From: an uncultured Acidobacteriaceae bacterium
GTDB lineage: Bacteria; Acidobacteriota; Terriglobia; Terriglobales; Acidobacteriaceae
DNA length: 64,000 bases
Assembly (NCBI GenBank): GCA_963797255.1
Contig: CAWCOV010000041.1
Coordinates: forward strand, 19,516-83,515
Reading direction: 5' to 3'
Shown here one piece after another: positions 29,380 through 38,076 of the stretch. The position numbers and the translations under genes are program-made. The notes under the pieces were generated by a model that had not been told where the DNA came from, ran no database searches, and saw only the letters and a program-made list of their open reading frames with translations. Position 1 is the stretch's first letter. Every line of letters begins with the position of its first letter.

Positions 29380-30168
29380 TCAACATCTGCTTGGCCACAC
29401 CGGCGGGCGCTTTTCAAGAAACGCAGTCACGCCTTCCTTGAAGTCGTCCGTTGATCGCTGCCGCGCATTCCACTCAATCGCTTCTGCGATCTCGCGATCC
29501 AGCCGTTCCCGCGCATGCGTGCTAAGCAACCGCTTCACCGCCGTCATCGACTCGGGACTATTTCTCAGCAGCGACTGAGCCAGACTTTCCGCCTCCGAGA
29601 TCAAATCCTGCTCCGCCACAATGCGCGTCACCAGCCCCATCTCCATCGCCTCTGGAGCCTTGATGATTCTTCCGCTCAGCAGCAAATCGCGCGTCCGTTT
29701 CTCGCCTACCTGTCGCAGCAGAAACGACGCCACGATCGCTGGGATGAATCCAATCCGTACTTCGGTGTATCCAAACTTCGCCTCGGGCACGGCCAGCGTG
29801 AAATCGCACACCGTCGCCAGTCCCATGCCACCGGCGATGGCCGCGCCATTCACCGCTGCAATCGTTGGCTTTGGAAAGTCGTAAAGCGTCCGCAGCACCG
29901 TCGCGATGCCCTCGCTATCCTTGCGATGTTCTTCGGGAGTTTTCGCCGTCATCGACTGAAGATGATCGAGATCAAGTCCGGCACAGAAGGCCGACCCCGA
30001 TCCCGTCAAAATCACCACACCGCTCTTGGATTCGGCCGCAGCATCCAGTGCCTGCGTCAGTTCGAGAATGAGCTGCGAGTTGAGCGCATTGCGTTTCTCC
30101 GGCCGGTTGAGCGTAATCGTTTCGATCCCATTTTCCAGCCGAATATTGATCGTGTGATACCGCATCAT
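29380..30168 (-). CDS. enoyl-CoA hydratase/isomerase family protein (candidate methylglutaconyl-CoA hydratase by context)
   Basis: 262 aa. Crotonase motifs GSGSAFCAGLDL and AAVNGAAIAGGMGLA. Adjacent to HMG-CoA lyase. Confidence 0.8.
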   Translation of the reverse strand: MMRYHTINIRLENGIETITLNRPEKRNALNSQLILELTQALDAAAESKSGVVILTGSGSAFCAGLDLDHLQSMTAKTPEEHRKDSEGIATVLRTLYDFPKPTIAAVNGAAIAGGMGLATVCDFTLAVPEAKFGYTEVRIGFIPAIVASFLLRQVGEKRTRDLLLSGRIIKAPEAMEMGLVTRIVAEQDLISEAESLAQSLLRNSPESMTAVKRLLSTHARERLDREIAEAIEWNARQRSTDDFKEGVTAFLEKRPPVWPSRC

Positions 30169-30227
30169 GAATCTCCCGGCCCGTCACTGGGCAATCAACG
30201 ACTGACTCTCTCGCTGGAATTATGAGC

Positions 30228-31145
30228 TCATTGCTTGGCTAATCCGAATTGCGATTCCATCGCCCGTGCTGCCGCCACCAGCGCGTCCAGCGGTTGAAGC
30301 TCCGGCAAAACGGCGCCGAGCCGCTTCAATTCTGCTAGTGCGATCTCCGTTGCAAGATTTCCAACCAGTGCATCCTGCGCGAAAGGGCATCCGCCAAGTC
30401 CGCCAATTGCCATGTCCATCCGGCGACAGCCCGCGCGGTACGCTGCCGCTACTTTCGATGCGACCTCATCCGGACGAGCATGCAGATGAACCCCAATTTC
30501 CAGATCTCCGAAACTCTGTAGCACCTCACCCACCAGGTCCTCGATCTGGGCAGCACTCGCCATTCCCACCGTGTCCGCCAGCGAAATTTCTGTGATGCCC
30601 ATGTCGGCCAGCAAATCGCAGGCCGCAATCACTTCTTCCGCATTCCACTCGTCTCCGTATGGATTGCCGAACGCCATGGAGACATACGCCACCAGCCCCA
30701 GTCCAGCCTGGAAAGCTCTCTGCCCGACGGCCTCCAGTTTGTCCAGAGACTCTTCCGGCGTCTGATTCTGATTGCGCTGAAGAAATGTAGGCGAGACGGA
30801 GTAGGGGAAGCCCAGCGTCTGCACGCGTCCCGTCTCAATCGCCCGGTCGGCGCCCTTCTCGTTCACCACAATGCCGATGATTTCCACCTCATCCGGCGCG
30901 TCAAGATATTCCAGAACCTGCTCTGAGTCCGCCATCTGCGGAACGGCCGTGGGCGATACGAACGACACGGCATCAATGTGCTGAAATCCTGCGCCAACCA
31001 GCATTCGCAAGTACTCAGCTTTGGCCTCTGCCGGGATCGCTTTGGCCAGTCCCTGCCAGGCGTCCCGGGGACATTCGATGATCTTTACCTGCCGGTTAAT
31101 AAGGATTTCGTGGTTCAATTCCTGAACTCTAGTTTCGCGATTCAA
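30228..31145 (-). CDS. hydroxymethylglutaryl-CoA lyase-like DRE-TIM metallolyase
   Basis: VKIIECPRDAWQG, HLHARPDE and GGLGGCPFA motifs. TTG start at 31145, or the duplicated TTG at 31118. Confidence 0.75.
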   Translation of the reverse strand: MNRETRVQELNHEILINRQVKIIECPRDAWQGLAKAIPAEAKAEYLRMLVGAGFQHIDAVSFVSPTAVPQMADSEQVLEYLDAPDEVEIIGIVVNEKGADRAIETGRVQTLGFPYSVSPTFLQRNQNQTPEESLDKLEAVGQRAFQAGLGLVAYVSMAFGNPYGDEWNAEEVIAACDLLADMGITEISLADTVGMASAAQIEDLVGEVLQSFGDLEIGVHLHARPDEVASKVAAAYRAGCRRMDMAIGGLGGCPFAQDALVGNLATEIALAELKRLGAVLPELQPLDALVAAARAMESQFGLAKQ

Positions 31146-31156
31146 TTCCTGAACTC
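31114..31156. repeat. perfect 16-bp direct repeat (TTCAATTCCTGAACTC) at 27-bp period
   Basis: Copies at 31114-31129 and 31141-31156. On the minus strand each reads GAGTTCAGGAATTGAA, giving an AGGA plus TTG initiation region twice. The upstream copy also supplies the stop codon of the preceding gene. Confidence 0.9.
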
Positions 31157-31945
31157 CAGCCGGTCTACGGTGACCTCTCGTTTCTCTTCAGAAACAGCGA
31201 CCAGGTAATACTCATCATGACTGGAGTGGCCGTCTCCGCGCCAGTCGGAAAACAGCAGCCTCAAACCCACCACCGTTTCTTCGCAGGGCATTCGCTCGTA
31301 GCGCTCGGTGAAGCTGCGGCCACGGAACGCAAGTGCGATCAACTCTTCCGTCACAGAGAAAGAACGCAGTTCATTTGGCGGGATCACGAATCCCACCACC
31401 GGCCGTGTAATCGAGATGGACTCTTCATCGCGAATCCACATTTTGTAATCTGAGATGCGCATGGATCGCTCGCCATCGTTCCACACATCCACACCGTAGA
31501 AAGGCCAGTTCATCGAGTCGTAGTAAAAACTGCCGTGGGCCGATTCCTTGCGATACCGCGAAGCCATATCTTTGCGGTACGTCACAGTTTTCTCGCGGAT
31601 TTTCGCCGCCGGATCGAGCGCCTGTTTCACAACCCAGAATCGCGGCTTTACCGTCATGCGCATCTGCCACTGTTCGCGTTGCAACTGGATCGCCGCTTCC
31701 GCCGCCGCAAGCGACCGCCTGGTCACGTGCAAATAAACCAGCGTGACCGTTGCCGTAACAATCGACGCAAAGAAAGTCAGCAGGCTTCCGAAGGCTTCCG
31801 CGTGAACGTCGCCATAACGGTGCCACTCGTAGAAGAAGATTGCCGAAAGGACCAGGAAAAACAGCACCAGGGCCGCAAGCCACATCAGAAAGCGCAGCCG
31901 CATCTCCGTCAATATCACTCGTTTCAGCAACCGGTTTCCGGACAT
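31142..31945 (-). CDS. hypothetical membrane protein (two N-terminal TM, soluble C-terminal domain)
   Basis: 267 aa. TMs FLMWLAALVLFFLVLSAIFFY and LLTFFASIVTATVTLVYL. No motif recognised. 4-nt overlap with the lyase start. Confidence 0.55.
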   Translation of the reverse strand: MSGNRLLKRVILTEMRLRFLMWLAALVLFFLVLSAIFFYEWHRYGDVHAEAFGSLLTFFASIVTATVTLVYLHVTRRSLAAAEAAIQLQREQWQMRMTVKPRFWVVKQALDPAAKIREKTVTYRKDMASRYRKESAHGSFYYDSMNWPFYGVDVWNDGERSMRISDYKMWIRDEESISITRPVVGFVIPPNELRSFSVTEELIALAFRGRSFTERYERMPCEETVVGLRLLFSDWRGDGHSSHDEYYLVAVSEEKREVTVDRLEFRN

Positions 31946-32075
31946 TCGTGGCCTTCCCCCGCGCCCATCCCAATTCGTGAGAAGAACTCAGCGCGCCAGC
32001 GCCTACACGAATTCGCGCAACGGAAAACGATACACCGTTGGTACGAAATAAAAACAAGGCTTTCGCTGTTCTTTT

Positions 32076-32453
32076 CTACCGCGACGCGCTATTCAGGAGC
32101 CACAGACCACCCACCCCTGCAAGGTGGAGCGCGGCAACAATGGCAATCGCTATGCCCATGCGTTTCCAGCGGGCGAGCAGCACCACCAGCAAGCCGTAAA
32201 GCGGGAACTGCAGCCACATCATCGCCTGCGAAACCGCATCGGCCACTGACTCGCGCAAGCCGAAGGCGTGCTCGGCAGGGATAAGCGCAAAGGGGTAGAG
32301 CATCCGCAGAGCAGAGGGGCCGGTAAGCGCCAGTATTCCCGCGGCACGAACCGTAAAAGGAGTCACTACGATACCCAATGCCACCGGCCACCAGGCCAAC
32401 CAATTCACTGACTTCTTCTTCTTGCGGGGCTTTCTCTTTGTTGCCGGACTCAT
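32076..32453 (-). CDS. hypothetical small polytopic membrane protein
   Basis: 125 aa. Lys-rich N-terminus (KRKPRKKKKS) followed by three or four hydrophobic segments. Confidence 0.5.
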   Translation of the reverse strand: MSPATKRKPRKKKKSVNWLAWWPVALGIVVTPFTVRAAGILALTGPSALRMLYPFALIPAEHAFGLRESVADAVSQAMMWLQFPLYGLLVVLLARWKRMGIAIAIVAALHLAGVGGLWLLNSASR

Positions 32454-32482
32454 GCCTCAAGAATATGCGCTCACCCAAATTC

Positions 32483-32577
32483 GGAAGATAGCAAAGCAGT
32501 TTCCTGTCTGCGGATTGGGTGTTCCAATCGCATTTGCGTTTCTCCTCTTATAGGCCGTACATTCGAGGCTATCTTCC
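32483..32577. repeat. nested inverted repeats in a divergent intergenic region
   Basis: Outer perfect 10-bp inverted repeat GGAAGATAGC (32483-32492) / GCTATCTTCC (32568-32577). Inner hairpin GCGGATTGG (32510-32518) / CCAATCGC (32524-32531). Confidence 0.8.
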
Positions 32578-32619
32578 CGGGCCACCGAACAATAGCGTTT
32601 CAAGCAACGAGGCAAGACG

Positions 32620-33150
32620 ATGGCCGACGAAACCCCACCAAAGAAAACCCTGAAGCAGAAGGCAGAACACGAAGGCAAAGAACTCCTGATTCTGACCTTG
32701 TACCTCGGCTCTTTCTTCTGTGCCCTTGTCACCTACAAGTCGCTTTTGCTGAAAGGATACGAGAGCGTCTCTCTCGATTATGGCTTTGCTCTCCTCAACG
32801 CCTTGATCATTGCAAAGGTCATCCTCATAGGAGACTTCATCAAGGTCGTCCATAAATATGAAGCCAAGGCGCTCGTCCTATCGGTTTTCTACAAGGCACT
32901 TGTTTATGGACTATTCGTATTCGCTTTCCACCTGATCGAGGAGGTCATCAAAAATCTCATTCATCACGGCGAACTCGGCAAAGCTTTCCGCGAAGTCAAG
33001 CTTGATCAAGCGGCAATTCGCTGCCTCATCATCTTCTGCACATTCATTTCACTTTTCGGATTCAGGGAACTCCGCCGCGTGATGGGCGAGGAAGAATTCC
33101 AGGCACTGGTTTTCCGCTCGGGCGCATCCGCAAAATCCGCTAAGCCGTAG
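32620..33150 (+). CDS. hypothetical polytopic membrane protein
   Basis: 176 aa with four hydrophobic segments. Visibly more A/T-rich codons than its neighbours. No motif recognised. Confidence 0.55.
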   Translation: MADETPPKKTLKQKAEHEGKELLILTLYLGSFFCALVTYKSLLLKGYESVSLDYGFALLNALIIAKVILIGDFIKVVHKYEAKALVLSVFYKALVYGLFVFAFHLIEEVIKNLIHHGELGKAFREVKLDQAAIRCLIIFCTFISLFGFRELRRVMGEEEFQALVFRSGASAKSAKP

Positions 33151-33181
33151 GCTCAATCACGAAAGCCGACTGGCGGTAACT

Positions 33182-34918
33182 TTACGTCTGGATCACCCCG
33201 ACATTAAACTTCGCCACCTCCGGATTCAGCGAAGCCGCTTCAAGCGCCACCATCAGCGCATCGCGAGTCTTTGCTGGGTCGATGATCGCATCGACCCAGA
33301 GCCGGGCGGCGGCGTAGCGGCAATCGGTCTGTTCATCGTAGGTGGCCTTGATTGTGTCGAAGACTTCCTTCTTCTCTTCCTCCGTCAAATGCTTGCCGCC
33401 GCGTTCCAGCTGCTTGATTTTTATCTCTACCAACGTGGATGCAGCCGAGGCTCCGCTCATCACCGCATAGCGCGCGGTCGGCCACGCAAACAGGAAGCGC
33501 GGATCGTACGCCTTCCCGCACATCGCGTAATTGCCAGCGCCGAAGGATCCCCCAACGATCACCGTGATCTTCGGCACTGTCGAATTCGCCACCGCCGTCA
33601 CCATCTTTGCACCGGCGCGGATGATCCCGCTCCACTCGGCATCGCGCCCCACCATAAAGCCGTTTACATCGTGGATAAAAATCAGCGGTATCAAGTTTTG
33701 GTTGCAGTCCATGATGAAGCGGGCAGCCTTCTCCGCGCTCTCCGCGTAAATTACGCCACCAAATTCCGTTCTTTTTTCGCCGGTATGCGAGATCTGTGGC
33801 TGGTGAACTTTCTGGTTCGCCACAATGCCCACCGCATACCCGCCGGTCCGCGCATATCCACACAAAACCGTGCGCCCATAGTCCGGCTTGTACTCGTCAA
33901 ACTCCGAACGATCCACCACCCGCGCAATCACTTCGCGCATGTCATAGGCATTCTGTTTTGCCGGATCAGCGTCGAGCAGCGCATACAGCCCATCGGCTGA
34001 ATACTTCGGCTCATCCCGCTTGGCGTCGAACGGCGTGTGATCGAAAGGCGCCCGTCCGCGATTCCCCAGCCTTCCCACAAGCGACCGCAATCGCGCCAGG
34101 CAAAGATGGTCGTTCGGCTCCTTGAAGTCCACTGTCCCGGAAATCTCCGCGTGCATCGTCGCGCCGCCCAGTTCTTCCGCCGTATTTTTTTGCCCGATAG
34201 CCGCCTGCACCAGCGCCGGACCAGCCAGGAACAGCCCGCTGCCTTCGGTCATCAGTACGTGGTCGGTCATCACCGGCAAATAGGCACCCCCTGCCACGCA
34301 CATACCCATAATCGCCGTGATTTGGGGAATCCCCATGGCGCTCATCACCGCGTTATTGCGGAATATCCGCCCAAAGTCGTCCTGATCCGGAAAAACATCC
34401 TCCTGCAGCGGAAGAAATATGCCAGAAGAATCCACCAGGTAGAGGATCGGAATGTGGTTTTCCATGGCGATCGTCTGCGCCCGGATCACCTTCTTCGCGG
34501 TCATGGGGAAGAAGGCCCCAGCCTTCACCGTCGCGTCGTTGGCAATAACCATCACCAGCCTTCCGGCGACGCGTCCCAGCCCCGTTACAACACCGGCAGA
34601 AGCCGCTCCGCCCCACTCCTCATACATGCCAAAGGCGGCAAACAGACCCAGCTCCAGAAACTCCGTGCCGGGGTCCAGTAGGATCTCCAGCCGCTCCCGT
34701 GCCGTCAGCCGATTCTTGGCGTGCTGGCTGGCGATAGCCTTCTCGCCGCCTCCCTCGCGAATCGTCGCCTCCTGCTGGCGAATCGCGCCCAGCAGTGCCA
34801 ACATTCCTGCAGCGTTCCCACGGGCTCGCGCCGAAGACGTGTCCAATTTGGAAGGAAGAGTGTTATTTAGCTTTGCAGGGCCGGAGACCGGGGATTCCGG
34901 GTGTGTCTTTTCGTTCAT
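33182..34918 (-). CDS. methylcrotonoyl-CoA carboxylase beta subunit (carboxyltransferase)
   Basis: 578 aa. Acyl-CoA carboxyltransferase beta family (IANDATVKAGAFFPMT, MGMCVAGGAYLPVMTDH, GIVANQ, DVNGFMVG). Confidence 0.85.
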   Translation of the reverse strand: MNEKTHPESPVSGPAKLNNTLPSKLDTSSARARGNAAGMLALLGAIRQQEATIREGGGEKAIASQHAKNRLTARERLEILLDPGTEFLELGLFAAFGMYEEWGGAASAGVVTGLGRVAGRLVMVIANDATVKAGAFFPMTAKKVIRAQTIAMENHIPILYLVDSSGIFLPLQEDVFPDQDDFGRIFRNNAVMSAMGIPQITAIMGMCVAGGAYLPVMTDHVLMTEGSGLFLAGPALVQAAIGQKNTAEELGGATMHAEISGTVDFKEPNDHLCLARLRSLVGRLGNRGRAPFDHTPFDAKRDEPKYSADGLYALLDADPAKQNAYDMREVIARVVDRSEFDEYKPDYGRTVLCGYARTGGYAVGIVANQKVHQPQISHTGEKRTEFGGVIYAESAEKAARFIMDCNQNLIPLIFIHDVNGFMVGRDAEWSGIIRAGAKMVTAVANSTVPKITVIVGGSFGAGNYAMCGKAYDPRFLFAWPTARYAVMSGASAASTLVEIKIKQLERGGKHLTEEEKKEVFDTIKATYDEQTDCRYAAARLWVDAIIDPAKTRDALMVALEAASLNPEVAKFNVGVIQT

Positions 34919-35388
34919 AGGGAAAGAGCCTCAAAACCCGTCAGCATAGCATCCTCGCGGAATGATTGCTTTCCGCCACAGAGAATCGGCTCCGTATCGA
35001 ACCCTGGGCTCAGTCCGGAAGATTTCCACAGCCCCAAATTCCGCCCCGAACATGGCACCCAAAGAGCCTTAGGCTACGTCCAATCGTCCGGGGTGATAGC
35101 TATTTAGCTACCCCCAAAACAAATTCCTCCCTCTCACTGGCACATTTCAGTGAGGAGGTCTAGGATTCCGGAGGCGTTTGAACCCAAGGAGAGCTGGATG
35201 AATCCGGCCGGGCAATGAGAAAAGTTTCAAAGATCGCAACACGTAAATCCGGAATCTGCCTTTTCCGGTCAACGTAAATACACCTGACACGCCGGTGGCA
35301 TAACACCGACAGGTCATTGCGTGCCTTCTCTGAACCGCTCTATTGTCACTCCTCGGCGTTCCATATCGCAGGGTCGCGGAGGTTGTAC

Positions 35389-35622
35389 GTGCAAATCGGG
35401 GAAGTAAGAAACTTGCAGAATAAGACAGTCGTACTGCAGTTGACAGATGGAGAAATGGCCATCGTGAAGGTCAACTCAGTGGACGTACAGTACGAAGACA
35501 TCATGGTGGACGTGCTCGAAACGAATATGCCGGGAGCATACCCGCAGTTCCGGCAGGACAGTTGTTTCACTATTCGGGCCGCCGATATTCTTTCTGCCAG
35601 CGAAATTCTGCGCGTGGTTTAA
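35389..35622 (+). CDS. small hypothetical protein (77 aa)
   Basis: GGAGG lies 6 nt upstream of GTG 35389. Translation VQIGEVRNLQNKTVVLQLTDGEMAIVKVNSVDV... is beta-rich. No motif recognised. Confidence 0.4.
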   Translation: MQIGEVRNLQNKTVVLQLTDGEMAIVKVNSVDVQYEDIMVDVLETNMPGAYPQFRQDSCFTIRAADILSASEILRVV

Positions 35623-35733
35623 CGGCTCTTTACCCGCCGTTCTCTACGCCGTTCGCGAATTTTGATGCCTCGACAGCACGGAAGGCGGAGCTACACCCAT
35701 TTTCAAAGCGGATGAACTTGTCCCGCCGGGAAA

Positions 35734-36366
35734 TCAGGATTTCCCGGCCACCTCCTGGCCATTTCCCTTGAGACCTAGCTCCGCAGAGTTTTTCTGCATT
35801 GCCCTCAGACAAAATCCAATGTGCTCGTCGAGCGGGACGCCCAGCTCGGCTGCTCCCAGCACAATGTCGTCGCGGTTCACACCTCGCGCGAATGCCTTGT
35901 CCTTCATTTTCTTGCGCACACCAGGCACTTCCACGTCGTGGATTGACTTCGAGGGCTTGACGAGCGTGCAGGCCGTAAGCAGGCCTGCTAACTCGTCACA
36001 GGCGAAGAGCGTTTTCGCGAGATGAGTGTCCCGCGGGACCCCGGAATAATCGGCATGGCCCAGGATCGCTGTGCGAATCTCTTCCGGCCAGCCCTGCTCC
36101 GCGAGAATGCGATTGCCGACGAACGGGTGCTCTTCCTTTGACGGGTACTTCTCGTAATCGAAGTCATGCAGCAACGCTGTCATGGAGTAGGTCTCAATAC
36201 ACATGGCGGCCTCGTCGCCCACCATGCCGTTCTCGTCCACCACCCTCTCGCCGTAGGCGCGAACACAAGCCTCCACAGCGAGCGCGTGTTTCAGCAGGCT
36301 CTCGCTCTGCGTATATTCCTTCAGCAATTCCCAGGCAAGCTGTCGTGTATAGATTCCCGTTCCCAT
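35734..36366 (-). CDS. HD domain metal-dependent phosphohydrolase
   Basis: 210 aa with H...HD...H pattern (LKHALAVEA, ALLHDFDYEKYP, ILGHADY). A perfect 10-bp hairpin, GCCGGGAAAT (35725-35734) / ATTTCCCGGC (35739-35748), lies over its stop codon. Confidence 0.75.
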   Translation of the reverse strand: MGTGIYTRQLAWELLKEYTQSESLLKHALAVEACVRAYGERVVDENGMVGDEAAMCIETYSMTALLHDFDYEKYPSKEEHPFVGNRILAEQGWPEEIRTAILGHADYSGVPRDTHLAKTLFACDELAGLLTACTLVKPSKSIHDVEVPGVRKKMKDKAFARGVNRDDIVLGAAELGVPLDEHIGFCLRAMQKNSAELGLKGNGQEVAGKS

Positions 36367-36543
36367 TTCTCTCCTTGTTGTTTTGGGAGTTGTCCGGGTT
36401 TTATCGACTATTTTCCGGTTGACTCACAGTTTTCACTTGACAACAAAGGTACCGTGCCACCAGAGTAAACAAGAACTGGCAATCACGGCTTACAATGCCT
36501 TCGATTGTCACGGGTCGTCCGCTCTGGCGCTCCGTTACAAATT

Positions 36544-37083
36544 ATGGCAACTACCATATCAACCGTAGAGGCACGTGAGGTACTGCGTTGCGATCATTGC
36601 AGTCTGGTGCAGTTCAGGACAGTGAACTCACTTTGCCGCCGCTGCCACAAACCCCTTGAAATGGAAGAGCCGCTACCCAAGGCTCCGCAACTTGTCGTTG
36701 CAGCCTTAGAGACGCCGGAAGAAGATGGCGGTCTCCAGGTAGCACGTGCCGTCCGCGATATCCGTCGTGGCCGCAGCCTCAGCCAGCGTCAGCTCGCAGG
36801 AAGAATGCAGGTTCCCCGCACCTACATTTCCAAGATCGAGAATGGCAAGGCTTGCCCCACCCTCTCGTCTTTACAGCGTCTCGCCAATGCCCTTGAGGTC
36901 AATATCTGCGACCTCCTGCGCGATGGCCGTAGCCGCCGCCAGGAAGAGACAGTCTCCATCTTTGCCGATCCGTTCCTTGCTGAGCTAGCGTCATATGCCT
37001 CTCAGCTGGACGCGATGCAAAGGTCCATCTTCCTGAACCAGGTGCGCGACATGGCAACTGGCAGGAACCGCCGCACAGCCTAA
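36544..37083 (+). CDS. XRE-family HTH regulator with N-terminal CxxC...CxxC zinc ribbon
   Basis: ATG 36544. LRCDHCSLVQFRTVNSLCRRCHKPL zinc ribbon. HTH is RSLSQRQLAGRMQVPRTYISKIENGKACPTLSSLQRLANAL. Confidence 0.75.
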   Translation: MATTISTVEAREVLRCDHCSLVQFRTVNSLCRRCHKPLEMEEPLPKAPQLVVAALETPEEDGGLQVARAVRDIRRGRSLSQRQLAGRMQVPRTYISKIENGKACPTLSSLQRLANALEVNICDLLRDGRSRRQEETVSIFADPFLAELASYASQLDAMQRSIFLNQVRDMATGRNRRTA

Positions 37084-37246
37084 AGTTCAGCGGATGCTGT
37101 GTCACTCTCCCTCAAAGGGAAATGGCTTACAGATTCGCTGCGCTTTGACTACACGTGCGTCGCTGAGGGGCTATATTGGTGATGACATTGCGCCGTTTGC
37201 GGCGGGTAACCGCCTGTGCTACGGTCGATGCTGAAGAGGCTTTTCC

Positions 37247-38074
37247 TTGCCACTCCCTCAATCCAGCGACGTGGAACTGCTGACGCCTGAAGAGCAGGCG
37301 ATATACAGCCGTCTGAATACGGACCGCCTGCCGCGGCACATTGCCATCATCATGGATGGCAACGGGCGTTGGGCGGGCAAACGCAGCCTTAAGCGATTCC
37401 TGGGGCATCAGCAGGGCGCTGAAGCGGTGCAGTTCGTGGTTGAGACAGCTGCCCGGGTCAAAATTCCCTGGCTCACGCTCTATGCGTTCTCACTTGAGAA
37501 CAACCTGCGGCGTCCAAAAACCGAAGTGAACTTCCTGATGAGGTTGCTGAAGAGCTACCTCGACAACAATGTGCGTCGCATGGCGGACAACAACATCCGG
37601 CTGCAGTACATTGGCCGCATCCACGAACTGCCATCGGAGGTTCAGGACAAGATGAGATGGGCCGAAGCCTCCACGGCTTCGAACACCGGCACCGTTCTAA
37701 CACTGGCCCTGAACTACGGCGGCAGGTCTGAGATCGTCGACGCATTTCGCGGGCTCTATGCGGAGATGCAGCGCAATCAGATCCGGCCGGAGAACATCAC
37801 GGAAGAAGACATCCACCGTCATCTCTATACGGCGCACATGCCGGATCCTGACCTGCTGATACGCACTTCGGGAGAAATGCGGATTTCGAACTACCTGCTA
37901 TGGCAGATCGCTTATACGGAGATTTACGTCACCGACCGTCTGTGGCCGGATTTCCGCGGCGCTCATCTGCTCGAAGCAATCGAAGACTACCAGCGCCGCG
38001 AACGCCGCTATGGTGGACTTGGCGATAGCAGGGAAGCGGAAGCCGAAGTCTCAGCCAATGCCGTGGCTCCGTAG
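37247..38074 (+). CDS. uppS: isoprenyl transferase (undecaprenyl diphosphate synthase)
   Basis: PRHIAIIMDGNGRWA, LTLYAFSLEN and IRTSGEMRISNYLLWQ motifs. Start is uncertain (TTG 37247 or GTG 37271). Confidence 0.9.
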   Translation: MPLPQSSDVELLTPEEQAIYSRLNTDRLPRHIAIIMDGNGRWAGKRSLKRFLGHQQGAEAVQFVVETAARVKIPWLTLYAFSLENNLRRPKTEVNFLMRLLKSYLDNNVRRMADNNIRLQYIGRIHELPSEVQDKMRWAEASTASNTGTVLTLALNYGGRSEIVDAFRGLYAEMQRNQIRPENITEEDIHRHLYTAHMPDPDLLIRTSGEMRISNYLLWQIAYTEIYVTDRLWPDFRGAHLLEAIEDYQRRERRYGGLGDSREAEAEVSANAVAP

Positions 38075-38076
38075 AG

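Noticed and set aside
34985-35015. TATCGAACCCTGGG segment resembling the reverse complement of a tRNA T-arm in the large intergenic region.
   Set aside because: No matching acceptor stem, anticodon arm or D-arm can be built around it. It is not a GGTTCGAATCC-type T-loop.
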